Source: the human T2T-CHM13v2.0 reference genome, Homo sapiens
Assembly: GCF_009914755.1 (NCBI RefSeq)
Contig: NC_060933.1
Length of the DNA stretch: 64,000 bases
Reading direction: 5' to 3' (one strand)
The notes under the pieces are model-generated. The model was not told where the DNA came from, did not search any database, and saw only the letters and a program-made list of their open reading frames with translations. The position numbers and the translations under genes were made by a program. Each line of letters opens with the position of its first letter. The stretch's first letter is position 1. This document shows positions 1 through 15,612 of this stretch, one piece after another.

Positions 1-1122
1 GTAAAGTAAATTGATATGTATGTCTAAAAACCATTCATATTTTGACAATATCCTCAGATATTGGGATAATTCCTAGCTCATGATATCCCAAGAATTGCAA
101 GAAGGCTGACATCAGTTTTTGGAAATTCAGTTAACATTTATTGAATGCTTACTTTGTGCCATACAGTGTTTTTACTTAACTTGATAATAAGTGTTAGCTA
201 TGGATCATTATTCCACTGATATGTGTAGAGTGACACTTTTTAAAACTTACAGTGTTTTTAGCAAATGATAATTTACAGGGTTTTTCAAAACCCTTTGAGG
301 GGGCTTTAGAGTTGCTCAGAGAGCAACTGAGCAGATTTTGAGCTGGTAATAGAAGGCAATTTTGTAACAGATAAGAGAGAAGTAAAGATAAAGGCCAGAT
401 GGAAGTAGCACCCAGTGTTGAAAACAGGCTGATTTGTTTATTTTAAAAAAGAGGAAAGTAATGCTGAGACCCAACATGTAAATAGAAGGCAAGTGTGACC
501 TTATAAAAATGAAAAGTTAGCTTTGATATATGGGTGGAAGGTAAAACATTTCAGTGAACCTAGCACAGTGAAGGCTCTACTATATCTGAAAGATACACTT
601 TGGATGGGAAAATGATCATTCATGCATTATGAAGTATATTTCAACCAAACAACATAGTATTTTCTAATAATCAATGCATTGGAATTGAAGGCATATGGAA
701 TATATCATGTAGTAACAACACTACTCATTATGTAGGCCACCTAGTATTGCTTATACTTCATTTAGGTACCTCTTTAATGATACTTACATGGTACATGAGG
801 GTTGATCTTGGAATTCCTGTATTATTCATACCTACTTAGAAATTCTGTTGGGATGAGTAAGATGTAGGAATGAATATTCAAATAGATCTCAGAAGCCAAT
901 TGGAACATATTAGAGTCACGCACCCCAATTATTTGTATCTCATTTTAGAATGCTAGTCATACAGCTTAGCACCCGGATTATCTTTCTCTCCAACACAATT
1001 CTGTTATGACTTATGGTGACTTCATATCCATGTAAGCCATCCAATCCCCTATTGGATATTCCCTTTCTATTCTTCAGCATCCTCACTTCCAATGATTATT
1101 CCCATCATCATACCCCTGATGT

Positions 1123-1332
1123 ATGGTTCTCAACTTTGGATCACCACCTACCTTAGGGAGCATTTGGAAATGTATGTGGGTGCTTTGTGTTACACTGACT
1201 GGTAGATGCTACTAGCATTCAATACCCAGGAGCCAGGGTGGTTAAAAGTTCTGCATTGGGAAGAAAAATCTCATACAGTGAAAAATTGTCATTTTTCTCA
1301 AATGCCAAAAATGTTCCCACTAAGAAACACTA
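1123..1332. mobile_element. MER20-like hAT-Charlie MITE
   Basis: Ends ggttctcaac...aagaaacact; internal gatgctactagcatt..gagccagggtgg resembles MER20. Confidence 0.6.
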
Positions 1333-3145
1333 CCCTTGGCCTTGTCATTACGCATAACTGAATTCCAAAATCTCCATTTCCAGCATTTTATTCTTTGACC
1401 ACTATTTCTTTTTGTGCTCATAGTGCAACAATTTTTGACCTGATCGTAACTCAAATTCACTGGCCTTACCACTTTTTCACTAATTACTACCACCCTCCTT
1501 CCCACTGTGCCCTTACTTCCCTCCTCATGCAGCATGGATTCTGTGTTGTATCATCGTCACTTTCTTGCATATATCCTCAACTTCCTCATATGTCCCTTTG
1601 TCATATTCATGTGGAAAAAACTCAAACCTACTTTATTTTGAATCTCTGCCTACTTCCCACCTGAACCCAAGGAAGTGAATGTGATTAAATAAAAACATAA
1701 CCATGCTGATTCATCTTTATTTAAACAGATAACCAAGAACTTCAGGTGGGCTCTCAGCACTATGTGATAATCCTAATTATATAGTTCCCAGTGCATTCAG
1801 GCTCCACATTTCCCAGTCATTCTGCTATCTTCTCAAACCTCCAGCATCCTCTGCTTAGCCACTCAATCTCAGCTGCGTCTTTCACTGAGAAAACAGAAGC
1901 AACCCAGAGATAATTTCCTCCTTTTTTTCATTACCTTTATTTTTCACATTCCTCCCAAATCTGTACCCACATACTGTCCCTTCCCTCCTATTGGGAATGA
2001 ACCATCTGCATGCCCGTCTAGAGCTAATACCTCACTTTGCACACTGGATTTTATCTCCTCATATTCGCAAGGACTTTGGCCCTGTAGTTTCAACCCTACA
2101 CTTTGTATCACCAATATTCCCTCTATATTGGATCACTTTCATTAGCAAACACACACCATTTACCAAAAAAAAAAAACAAAAAACAAAAAACAACCCTTCA
2201 TTTGACTCTGTATCTCCTCTAACTGCTGACTCATTTTTCTCCTCTTTTATGTAGCAAAACACCTCAAAAGTGATACCTATTCTCTACCCACTTTCTTATC
2301 TTCCATTCTGTTTTGAACCTTCTCCAATTAGGCTTTCAATCTTATTACCCCGCCAAAGTAGTTTATTCAAAGTCACCAGTAACCTCCATATTGCCCAATC
2401 TGTGATCAGTTCTCAGTTCTTAGTTCTTATCTTATTTGAACCCTTGGGAGCATTTGATATCGTTGATCACTCCTTCCTCCTTGAAGCACTTTTTTAAAGC
2501 CTTCCTTATGATGTACTACACTGTATTGGTTTTCCTCATCACATCTAGCCGGTCTTCTCTGACTTCTTTGCTAGTTCTCATTCTCTTCCTGACAGACATA
2601 AGTGTTGGAGTTTCCTAGGGTTCAGTCTTTATACCTTTCCTCTTCATTATCTATACTCACTCTCTAGACAATCTGTACCAACACTGTAATTTAAGATGCC
2701 ATATTCTGACCTATGACTCCCTAATATATATCTGTTCTCATCCTGTCCTTGAAACTATGGATTTTTAAATCTTCCTGCCTAGTTGTGATTTTCACTTGGA
2801 TGTCTAATAGGCATCTCAAACTTAACATGTACAAAAAAGTTGAAAAAAAATTATTTTGCTTCTCCTAGCTTTTTTTCTCTATCCCAGAACAATATTTTCA
2901 CTAGTCATCCAGATGGTTAGGCTCCAAATCTGTAATCATCTTCGGCTCTTCCCTTTCTCTCATGTTGCATTTCTGATACTTCAAATCGTGTCTGCTCCTG
3001 TTTGAAAATAGACCCAGGAGTCTGCTACCTGTCACCACTGCTGTGGTTACTATCACTTCTTGCTTGTACCTATGCATTAGTCTGCCCTTTCAGCTCTTGA
3101 TCCAGAACAGTCTTTTCTCCATCTGTTGGCAGAATGATCCTTTTA

Positions 3146-3480
<335 letters not shown>

Positions 3481-4162
3481 CTAGTCTCCTGGCATGACTC
3501 CTTATTACTCAAGAAAATGGAAAACCTTGACTGCCCATGAAGGACTCCATGATTAATTTTATTGTTACTTCTGCAACTTCACTTTCTACTACATTTTACC
3601 TCACTATTCCACTTTAGCCTTTCTTTCTGACTGACTTTCTTGCTCTTTTTTGAACACTGCAGGCCCTCTTCTCTCTCAAGGTCTTTGTCCTCTTCTTCCT
3701 TATATTCAGGTAGTTTATCTTGTCACTACTTGAGGTCTCTTTGCCCTGTCAAATTTCAAACGTATGAAACAATGGAAAACAAAGAAGCTAGTAAAACCTG
3801 TAAGCTGGTTAAATCTAAATCATTATTGACCTTAACGATTGCAGTATTAGAAATGGGGGTAATGGGTTGGTTGGAAGAGTTGAGTTTCCTTTTTGCTTTG
3901 GTGGAACAATATGGGGTATGAGAAACTCTAGATATTGATTCAAAATATAATATTAAATATATATTTGAAATATTTAAAGATGGCCATAAGAATAAAAATA
4001 TTTAATTTGTAAAGAATATGATGGAAAAAAGAAATAAAGAAAGCTCCATCAATCTAACACAAGCCGGGAAATAAAAAAGAGGGGAGAGAGGGAATGAACA
4101 GGGAAAGAAGGAAGGGAGGGAGGGAGGGAACAATAAGAAAAATAGTAAATAAAGAAGATAGG

Positions 4163-6869
<2,707 letters not shown>

Positions 6870-6871
6870 TA

Positions 6872-7456
6872 TTTTGGCTATTAACCTCTATCAGATATGT
6901 GATTTGAAAATATTTGTCTTCCATTGTGTAGGTTGCCTGTTCACTGTTGTTTGCTGTGCAGAAGCCTTTTAGTTTGATGTAGTCCTACTTATTTATTTTT
7001 GATTATGTTGTCTTTGCTTTTGATGTCATTTCTAAAAAAATCATTGTCCAGACCAGTGTCATAGAGATTTTTTAAAATGTTTTCTTGTAGGAGTTTTTTC
7101 TTTTTTTTTTTAAGAGATGGCGTCTCACTCTGTTTCCCACGCTGGACTCCCGACTCCTGGACTCAAGCGTCTTCTAGAAATTTTATGCTTTCAGGTCTGA
7201 TACTTAAGTCTTCTATCCATCTTGAGCTGATTTTTGTCTGTGGTGTAAGAGAGGAGTCTAATTTCAATTTTTTTGCCTTTGGATATCCAGTTATCCAGCA
7301 TCATTTACTGGAGAGACTGTCCTTTCACCGTTATATATCACCCTGTCGACTATATTTATGGATTTATTACTGGGTTCTCTATTCTGTTCCATTGGTCTAT
7401 GTCTGTCTTTTTGCCAGTATCATACTCTTTTAATTATTGTAGGCTTGTTGTATGTT
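6872..7456 (-). mobile_element. L1 ORF2 3' part, inverted segment of an L1MA/MB-type element
   Basis: Reverse complement matches L1 ORF2 (gaccaatggaacagaatagagaacccag). Confidence 0.85.
7100..7170 (-). mobile_element. Truncated Alu monomer (FLAM-like)
   Basis: T tract then agagatggcgtctcactctg...ctcctggactcaagcg; host L1 sequence duplicated on each side. Confidence 0.7.
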
Positions 7457-8270
7457 AAAAAATAGGTTAAGGACTTTAATACAGACTTCTCCAAAACACA
7501 CAAATGACCAACAGAAACAAACTCAATGTCACTTATCAGGGAAATGCGAATCAATGCCACAGTGAGATAACACATCACACTTGTCAGGATGGCAGCTATT
7601 TAAAAAAAGATAATAAGTGTGAGTGAGGATGTGGTGTAATTGGACCCTTTGTACACTGTTGGTGGGAATGCAAAGTGGTGCAGCTGCTATGGAAAACAGT
7701 GTGGAGATTCCTCAAAATGTTAAAAAGAGAACCACCATTGGACTTAGTAATCCCACTTCTGGGTATTTATCCAAAAGAAGTGAAATCATGATCTTGAATG
7801 GATGTTAGGACTCCTGTGTTCATTGCAGGACTAGTCACAACAGCCAAGATGTAGAAACAATCTAAATGTCCATCAAGAGATGAATGAATAAAGAAAATGT
7901 TGTATAAACAACAATTGATTACCCTTAAACAAAGAAGGAAATTCTGCAGTATGCAACAACATGGATAAACTCCGACGGCATTATGCTCAGTGAAAAAAAG
8001 CCAGTTACAGAAAGACAAGTGCTGCACGGTTCCACTTCTATGAGTGTTTATGATAGTCAAATTTATAGAATCAAAGAGTGGAATGGTGTTTGGAAGGGAT
8101 TGGGGAGACTGAGAAATGGGGAATTTTTAATTAATAGGCGTAAAGTTTCAAGCAAGATGAATAAGCTCTAGAGATTTGTGTACAACATTGTACATATAGT
8201 CAACAATGATGTACACTTAAAATTTTGTTAAGAGAGTAGGTCTCATGCTAAGTATTCTTACCACAATAAA
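7457..8270 (+). mobile_element. L1 3' end (L1MA9/L1MB-like)
   Basis: ORF2 end and 3' UTR ending ttcttaccacaataaaa. Confidence 0.85.
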
Positions 8271-8494
8271 ATTAGAAGAAAAGAAAAATTCATGAAGGAA
8301 ATAGTTGACTCTAGAGAGAGAAAAAGAAGATAGAATAACATGACTGGTATAAATCCAAATATACCAATAACTATAATATAAATAATAGAGCTGAAATGTA
8401 TCTTTTGAACAAAGAGGAAAGAAGACAGACTATGATAGAAAAAAAGATGCACTTAAAATATAGTTATCCAAAAGCTTTAAAAGATTTAAAAAAT

Positions 8495-8860
8495 ATGGTA
8501 TCCTGGGACTAGCTTGTACCACAAGAGCCAGTTTTGGGTGTCTCTTTCCAACCCCTTATTCATGTTGGTTGCTTGAAATCAATCATGGTGCATATATTTA
8601 TTTCACAGAAATTGACCAGTCATGGTGGGCTCATGCTTGTAATCCCAACACTTTTCAAGGCCAAGACAGGATGATCACTTGAGCCTAGGAGTTCAAGGCT
8701 ATAGTGAGCTATGATTACACCACTGCATTTCAGCCCGGGTGACAGAGCAAGACCCCATCTCTAAAAAACAAAAAAACATATCCGTACCAAAAAATCAACA
8801 AACATTACAAGTCATGCTCTTCCCCCAACATCCAAAGAACTGATTTACCAGCACACAACT
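8495..8860. mobile_element. MER63-like hAT MITE interrupted by an Alu monomer
   Basis: gcttgaaatcaatcatggtg...cacagaaattg and tttaccagcacacaact end. Confidence 0.65.
8614..8777 (+). mobile_element. Alu monomer (FAM/FRAM-like)
   Basis: About 160-bp single Alu arm with A-rich tail. Confidence 0.85.
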
Positions 8861-9519
8861 AAATATACATCAGATAAATGCTAAGAAAAAGAAGATATAG
8901 CAATATTATTCCAAGACAAAATTAATGGCAAAAAAAAAAACACATTAGGAATGACAAGAATGGATAGTTTGTGAAGAAAATGTAGAAATTATGAAATGTT
9001 TATGTATCTGAAAACATGTTAAGCAAAATTTGATGGAAATTGATGAATCCTTAGGTGTATTTACTGTCCTGCAGTATATTTAGTATGTACTATACTCAGA
9101 AATCAATAATTCAAGTAGAGAAAACATAAGGCTACTTTGTTTTCAAAGCCATGTGGAACATTCACAGAAACTACTGACATCTTAAGCCACAAAATTTAAC
9201 AAATTCAAAAACAGAAAAATTGTTTTAGCTATCTGCCTCAAATATGGTGTAATATAACTGTGATTTAACAAAATAAGTGGCCAAAATTTATCTATCCACT
9301 TAAAAATTGTAAACCCTTCTATCTGATTTAGGGTTAAGGAAGAAATAAAAAGTAAGTTCATGAACTGTTTCAAATTAAAAAGCAGTAAGAATATTAAAAC
9401 CTTTGTAATTCAGCCAAAATGTAACTTTGAATTTTAGATATTAGAAAAATAATACAAATGAAGTGTAATCAAGGAGAAGTACATAGGAATCTTAAGCTAT
9501 GTGTGTAATACACAAAAAC

Positions 9520-10795
9520 AAATTTGTCAAGTCCTTGCCTAGACAGGGAGCCAAGCTGACAATCTTGCCAGAGCACAGCCTCTGGCCCTGCCCACCTTGA
9601 GACCTGGAACAGCAACCTTGCCAGCCCCAGATCCCAGCTTACGTACCCACCCAGGCAGGGAGCCGCACCACAGTCCCTACCCAACTGTGGGGCACAGTCT
9701 GGACCCCGCCGACCAAGGAGCCTAGTTAGCAACCCCACCTGGCTGTAGAGCTCAGCCCACAGCCCTGCCCATTTGCTAAGCACAGCCTATGGCCATGCCT
9801 GGGCAGAGAGCCAACCCATTGACCCTGCCAGACCCCAGAATACAGTCAGTTACCTCAATTGATCATGGAGTGCAGCCTTTAGCCCCAACAACTATGGGGC
9901 ACAGCTGACAGCCCCATCCAACCAGGGAGCTCAAGCGCAGAGCACATCAACAGCCTCACCTGGTCAAGGAACCCAGCCTGTAGCCCCACTTAATCATGGA
10001 ACCCAGCTTGCAGCCAGCCTGACCTGGGAGTCCTGTAACAACACTGACCAACCACACAGCAAAGCCAGTAGTCCTGTCCAGAGAGAGAACCAAGCCAATG
10101 ACCCCACCCAACTGCAGCGTACATCTTGCAGCCCTGCTTCATCATGCAGCCCAATGTGCAGCCCTGCCTGAGCAAGGAGTCCAACCAGCAGCAATATTTG
10201 ACCAGAGAGCCTATCCTGGATGCCCCCCAACTGTGGATGATTATGAAGCCTACCTGCAGCCCAACTGCAAAGCCTAACACATGGCAGCACATGGCCAATG
10301 AGCATAGCCTGTGATCCTGCCCAACAGGAAGCAATTCTAGAGCCTAGCCAGCAGCCCTGTCTGACTGCAGAGCCCAACCAGTGGCCCCACCTGACCTTAG
10401 CAGTATGGGCAGCAGCCCTGCCCAGCTAGAGAACCTGACAGCAAGTACTGCCTGCCTACCCATGGATGTTGTCTGCTGGCCTGTTCAGATCCAAAGGTTG
10501 GACTGACTGGTGAAGGACTATTCCTGCTGAAGAAAACCTGTAAAGGCTGGAAGAAGTGGCTGCTTCCTTAAATGTACAGACACCAGTGCAAAGATACAGG
10601 GATATGAAGAATCATGGAAAAATGACATAATCAAAGGAAAATAATAAAGCGCAAATAATTAACCCTAAGTAAATGAATATATAGAAACTGACAACAAATT
10701 CAGATTAGCCCTCTTAAAGTTCAGTCAACTATGAGAAAACATGATGGACAACTAAACCAAATTAGGAAGACAACACATGATCAAACTGAGAGGTA
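9520..10795 (+). mobile_element. Old L1M 5' UTR (GC-rich repeat array) and ORF1 start
   Basis: Array followed by L1M ORF1-like gatatgaagaatcatggaaaaatgaca... Confidence 0.7.
9530..10450. repeat. Degenerate ~30-bp tandem array, about 30 units, consensus near GCAGAGCCCAGCCAGCAGCCCCRCCTGACY
   Basis: Consecutive 30-mers, e.g. agagaaccaagccaatgaccccacccaact / gcagcgtacatcttgcagccctgcttcatc / atgcagcccaatgtgcagccctgcctgagc. Confidence 0.8.
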
Positions 10796-10799
10796 TTAT

Positions 10800-12130
10800 A
10801 TATAAGAAAGGAAAAGTAAATTAGAGGTATAAAGATTTAAAAAAGGAGATAAAGTTATCAGTCTTTGCAGTTAGTTATTTGAATTCCTAGAAAAAGTAAT
10901 CAACTGAAAAACTCCTATAAAAATAAGAAAATATATGTAAAATAAAATAAAATGCCCAGAAATAAACTAGATCTATAAAGAGAAAACTTTAAAACAATCC
11001 TTTGAAACACAGATAAAGACCTAAACAAATGGAAAGGAATACCATGTTCTTTGATTAGGAAGACTCAGCATTCCAAAATGTCAACGTGCTCCAAATAAAA
11101 TGTAACATGATTGAAATAAAATTACCACAGTAAGATATTTTTAAGGGGCAGAGAATCTACACAAGCTGAATGTGAAATTCATATGGAAAACCAAACAAGC
11201 AAGAACAGCAAGAAAAATCTGATAAAGAAGGGTAGTGAGAGAGATTGCTTTACCCAATGTTAAAATGTGTTGTAAAGCCTCATTAGTTAAAATATACTCA
11301 AATATAAAACTTAACTAATAAAAAGAGATGGAACAGAATAGAAAGTTCAGACACTGACAAACATTTATGAAACCACTTGGAGAAAGATGGACTGCTAAGT
11401 GGTGATGGGACAAGTGAGTATGATTTTATTTAATAATCTTCTAAATGATTACAAATGGATAAAAAAATTTTAACTGAAAAATAAAAAAGTAGCAAAAAAG
11501 TTGTGGTTTGAAAGTATTTTTATATACCTCATTGTGGAGAATGCTTTTTAAAGTATCCCACTAAATTCAAAAGCGAGAAAGGAAAAGATTCATTAATTTG
11601 AATACATACAAAATTAAAAATATTTTTCTGTGACATCAAACAGTACTGTCAAAAGAAAAAGAACAAATAATGAAATAATTGAAATATATACAATAGGCAA
11701 ATATAATTTCCCGAATACGTGAAGAACTCCTATAAATCCCTAAGAAAAAACAAAAAATGACAAAGAAAATATAATTATTTCTTAAGGCTGATGCTCAACT
11801 TTGTTTATAATGAGAGAAATGAAACTTTAAAATACAGCAAAAACACAAGCTACTCTGAAATAGCATATTGGTATTTTGCTAGTTGTGTGGAGAAACAGAT
11901 ACTTTTATACATTCTTTGTGGAGATATATATTAGTGCTATCTTGGATGGAGAACAGGGATAGAATTAAGTAACAGCTGTCAAAATTATAGTTATACACAC
12001 CCTTTGATCCAGCAGTTTCAATTCTAGCCATATATCCTGGAGATGCAAAAGTAATATCTGAACACCATTATTTATTCTAACATTGCTTGTGCTAACAAAA
12101 GATTGGAAACAGCCCAAACATCTAACTAAC
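10800..12130 (+). mobile_element. Old L1M ORF2/3' fragments (also 3750-4160 and 8330-9470)
   Basis: A-rich; gacctaaacaaatggaaag, ggaagactcagcatt, gatggaacagaatagaaag. Confidence 0.75.
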
Positions 12131-12862
12131 CTGCTCTCAGCTCACAAAGCCATGTATTGAAGCACTCTGTCCAACCAAATTAAGGAGTGACTTTTTGTTA
12201 CCCACACGTAGGTGTGGTATGGGCTAGCTTTTACTGATTTCTCAAAGAGGCAACTTAAAGGCTTGTGAAGTAGTTCTTGATTTTTTAATGATTTTTCTTC
12301 AATCCTTCATTGTTGTCTTGCCCACTCATAATTTACCACATGTAATTGAACTTTGACCCAATTTGTCCTTCTCAACTTCTTCCAAAGCATTTGTAATCTA
12401 CTATTGATAAAATAGAAACAGTTCTTTCTGCAGTAATCTTTCATTGGTTTATGTAACCATTAAATGAATTATGCAGCTAACCTGTTACAAATAATATATG
12501 CACATTGTGGAATAATGAGAACCTGACTCTTAGTGTTAGGTCAACTAGTAGAAGTTGTTGTGCTGATTAAAAATAGCCTGCCTGCTGTAAGCATTCACCA
12601 AGCAAGATACCAGTTGGTGTATCTGAAAGAGGGATGGGGGAGCTTTGCTTAATCCAGCAAGTTGGTTAAGTATTCATTGAAGAGAACTTTTATTGCGTGC
12701 TGACAATAGGTAAAGAGCAATCCACTATATTCCAGAGTAATTAAAACCAGAGTAATCCTAGTAAAAAAATGATTTGTTAGTATCTTCATATTTTTATGTT
12801 ATTACTGCTTTGTCTTCATTATGACTTTAATATAAGCTCAATTTCTTTCCAATATGTTACAG

Positions 12863-13048
12863 GCTTTGGCCAAAGAGTTGCAAAATGATGTCCATGTGGT
12901 AAGGCGACAAATAAGAGAGCTTAAAAAAATGAAGAAAAACAGGGACGCCTGTAAAACCTCAACCCATAAAGCCCAGACCTTGGCAGCTTCTATCCTGAAC
13001 ATTTCACGGTCAGATTTAGAGGAAATATTAGACACAGAAGATCAAGTG
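12863..13048 (+). CDS. CNTLN: Centlein internal coding exon (antepenultimate), 62 aa ALAKELQNDV...EEILDTEDQV
   Basis: Acceptor ttacAG|GCT and donor GTG|GTAAGA; 186 nt, phase 0-0; coiled-coil-like peptide that splices in frame to the next two exons and matches the centlein C-terminus as I recall it. Confidence 0.95.
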
Positions 13049-15534
13049 GTAAGATCATTTAAATATTTATTATTAAAGGGTTTATTATACACTGGACTTA
13101 AGTAGATATTTTTATTTGTTTTATACCTCTTAGAATTTCATCTTTAAGAGAGTGTTAATGATGGTAAGATGGTTAAAGTGCCAATGAAAGATACACATCA
13201 AGTATTAACTAACTCAAAAAGCCTTTAAAGAAATTTAACTTTATAATATAGAAATAAGCTAGTACTTATAACCTTTCAAATTACTTGTTATTCATTTATT
13301 CTTTCCTATCTCCTCCATTTTCTTTAATTTAATCATATTATATATCATGTAAACCAGTATACTTAATTAAGCTAGCTTAAATGGATTTAGTTAAGCTGAT
13401 CTCCATTGATTTGAAGTTTTTTTCTCTTTGTGATATTTTTTAAAAAGTGCCAAATCTATTGGCTTTCATAGCTAAATTCAAAATTATTATTCACCAGTAT
13501 ACGCTTTGAAAATATATTGTTGAAAAATATTTATTGCTTAAAATTGGTTAAAATACTTCTGTCTGAGTGAATTTATATGCATACAGGCATAGTCTTTAAT
13601 AGCATTTCAGCACCTCTTGGGAAAGACACTGCATTTTTTACATAGCCACTGCCTCATAACAGCAGAATCTCATACCACGCAGTCTTTTGCGAAACATGTG
13701 TAGGATGCTCATTCCTATCCTACTATGGCTCTGAGCTTTAATTCATGAATATTAGATTTTTATCCTTTGGAATGCTAAAAGATGGTGGCACTAGCAGCTT
13801 CTCAACAAATATTTGTTCAATGATAGACTTGGGTGTCTGTATGAGATCATCCTCTGGCCCCCTCTTCAGCTTCTGAAAGATCTTCTGGAATAGAGCAAAT
13901 CTACAATATGTAAAGATTTTTGAACTACCAAGAATCCTCAGATAATAGTTAAAAGGAATCCTACAGGTATTATTTTCATCCAGTGGGTGAATTCCCAGTT
14001 TCTGTTTTCAGCAGCTATGCCAAAACGTCTGCGACTTTCTATCAAATTCTAAACTTTGAAGTATAAGAACAATATCACATATAGTACCAAATGTAAGACA
14101 CATGGGAGTAATATTACTTCTGGCAAGGGTGTTAACTAAGCCTTATTATAGGCATTTAATTAAAATATGTCGATTGATGAGAAACCTAACCAAAATTTAA
14201 GGGTAAGGCCTCTACTGTTGCCTAGAAATTTTAAAACACACAGATTTAGCACAGTGTCTCATGTGAGTATGCCTGTGTGCATGTATGTGTTTACATGTAC
14301 ATGATGCTAACACATGTACATATTCTGGAACACAGAGCCACCATGTTTTTTGAGACCAAGTAATCTCTAAAATGATGCACTCTCTGGGCTAACAAATTAG
14401 CAAAAAAAGCCCTCTTTGAATGAGCAAATCAGAAAGGTTGTCCTCTTTGAATATGTGAATTAGAAAAGGATCTCTCTTGATAGCCCCAAAGACTAGATGG
14501 TGCATGTCTGTGAATAAGTGACACCTCTGCCTCTGGGCAGGTGGAATCTGAAGACAAGAGTACACAGCACTGTAATATGCATGTCACACAATCTTAAATC
14601 AAGTCCCTCCTGAAAGAATAAGAGATATAAACACACTGTTCTAAGAGGGATAGGTACATTTTGATATATTTACTAGATTTCATTATAGACCAGAGCTTAT
14701 TTAGACTGATCCTGTCATCTTCCAGAGGTCCAAGGATTTGCCCAAGCAGAGCCCAGATCACCTGATTTATGTTCTTTACACTATATCGAACTGTAGTAAA
14801 TTCACATCAGAAACTGTGATAGCCTATCTGAAGTGCCTAGCATGATGCCTGCAATAGTTTCTCACGCCCTTCCCTTCTTGGAAAGTCAGTTTTTTTTTTC
14901 GTAAACTGAAATTACAATTTCAAGTGAATCATCAACTGTACGTGTGAATACATTTCAATTCCAGAAATATTCTGTCATGATAATTGATGGGTTGAAAATA
15001 CTTTGTGACCTATAGCACTTTAAGTTGGAGTGTCCCTGGCCTATCAGTAGATTATTGGATAGTTTGAATCAACAAGCATTTAAATATACCGGAGTCATGC
15101 CATGTTCTATTCTGTTTGTAATGAACAATTACTCCTTAGTTATCTGCTGACAAGTCAGATTTTGGAATATTAGGTTTTGTATTATCTCATGAGAGTCACC
15201 TGTAAATGATTCTTTTATATAACTCCATCTTATTTTTCACTTTAATTGCTTTCACCCCCATATTAGCCCCTACTTTGAGCTCCACTGTGAAGGTAGAAAT
15301 TAAATATTTCTGAATTACTGTGAAGTATATAAATATAGCTATATCTTCCATAGTACGTATCGATAAATTAAATTTTAAAGAGCATGGACTTAAATATTTC
15401 TACTTTGAGATGACAGACTGTTCTTTGTTGAATCTAATTCTACTGATATTACTCCAGATTTATTCAGTATCTAATAGTATAAACAAGTTCATATAAATTT
15501 CGTTAACACCAGTGTTTTTATTTTTTTTCTTCAG

Positions 15535-15612
15535 GAAATTGAAAAAACAAAAATTGATGCTGAAAATGACAAGGAATGGATGTTGTACATTCAGAAACTT
15601 CTTGAAGGACAG
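15535..15612 (+). CDS. CNTLN: Centlein penultimate coding exon, 26 aa EIEKTKIDAENDKEWMLYIQKLLEGQ
   Basis: Long polypyrimidine tract then ttcAG|GAA; donor CAG|GTATTT; 78 nt, phase 0-0; too short for the ORF track. Confidence 0.95.

Noticed and set aside
1-10. Window starts with gtaaag, resembling a splice donor
   Set aside because: No upstream context is available; probably an arbitrary window edge
9469-10377. Stacked 62-127 aa ORFs, and a superficially CRISPR-like periodic array
   Set aside because: By-product of a GC-rich 30-bp tandem repeat; no constant repeat/unique spacer structure; eukaryotic L1 context
12854-13105. 83-aa ORF as a standalone gene
   Set aside because: It is the CNTLN exon plus flanking intron; the ATG lies within the acceptor region
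14488-14505. CTCF-like gactagatggtgc
   Set aside because: The 5' half of the motif is poor and there is no supporting CpG context
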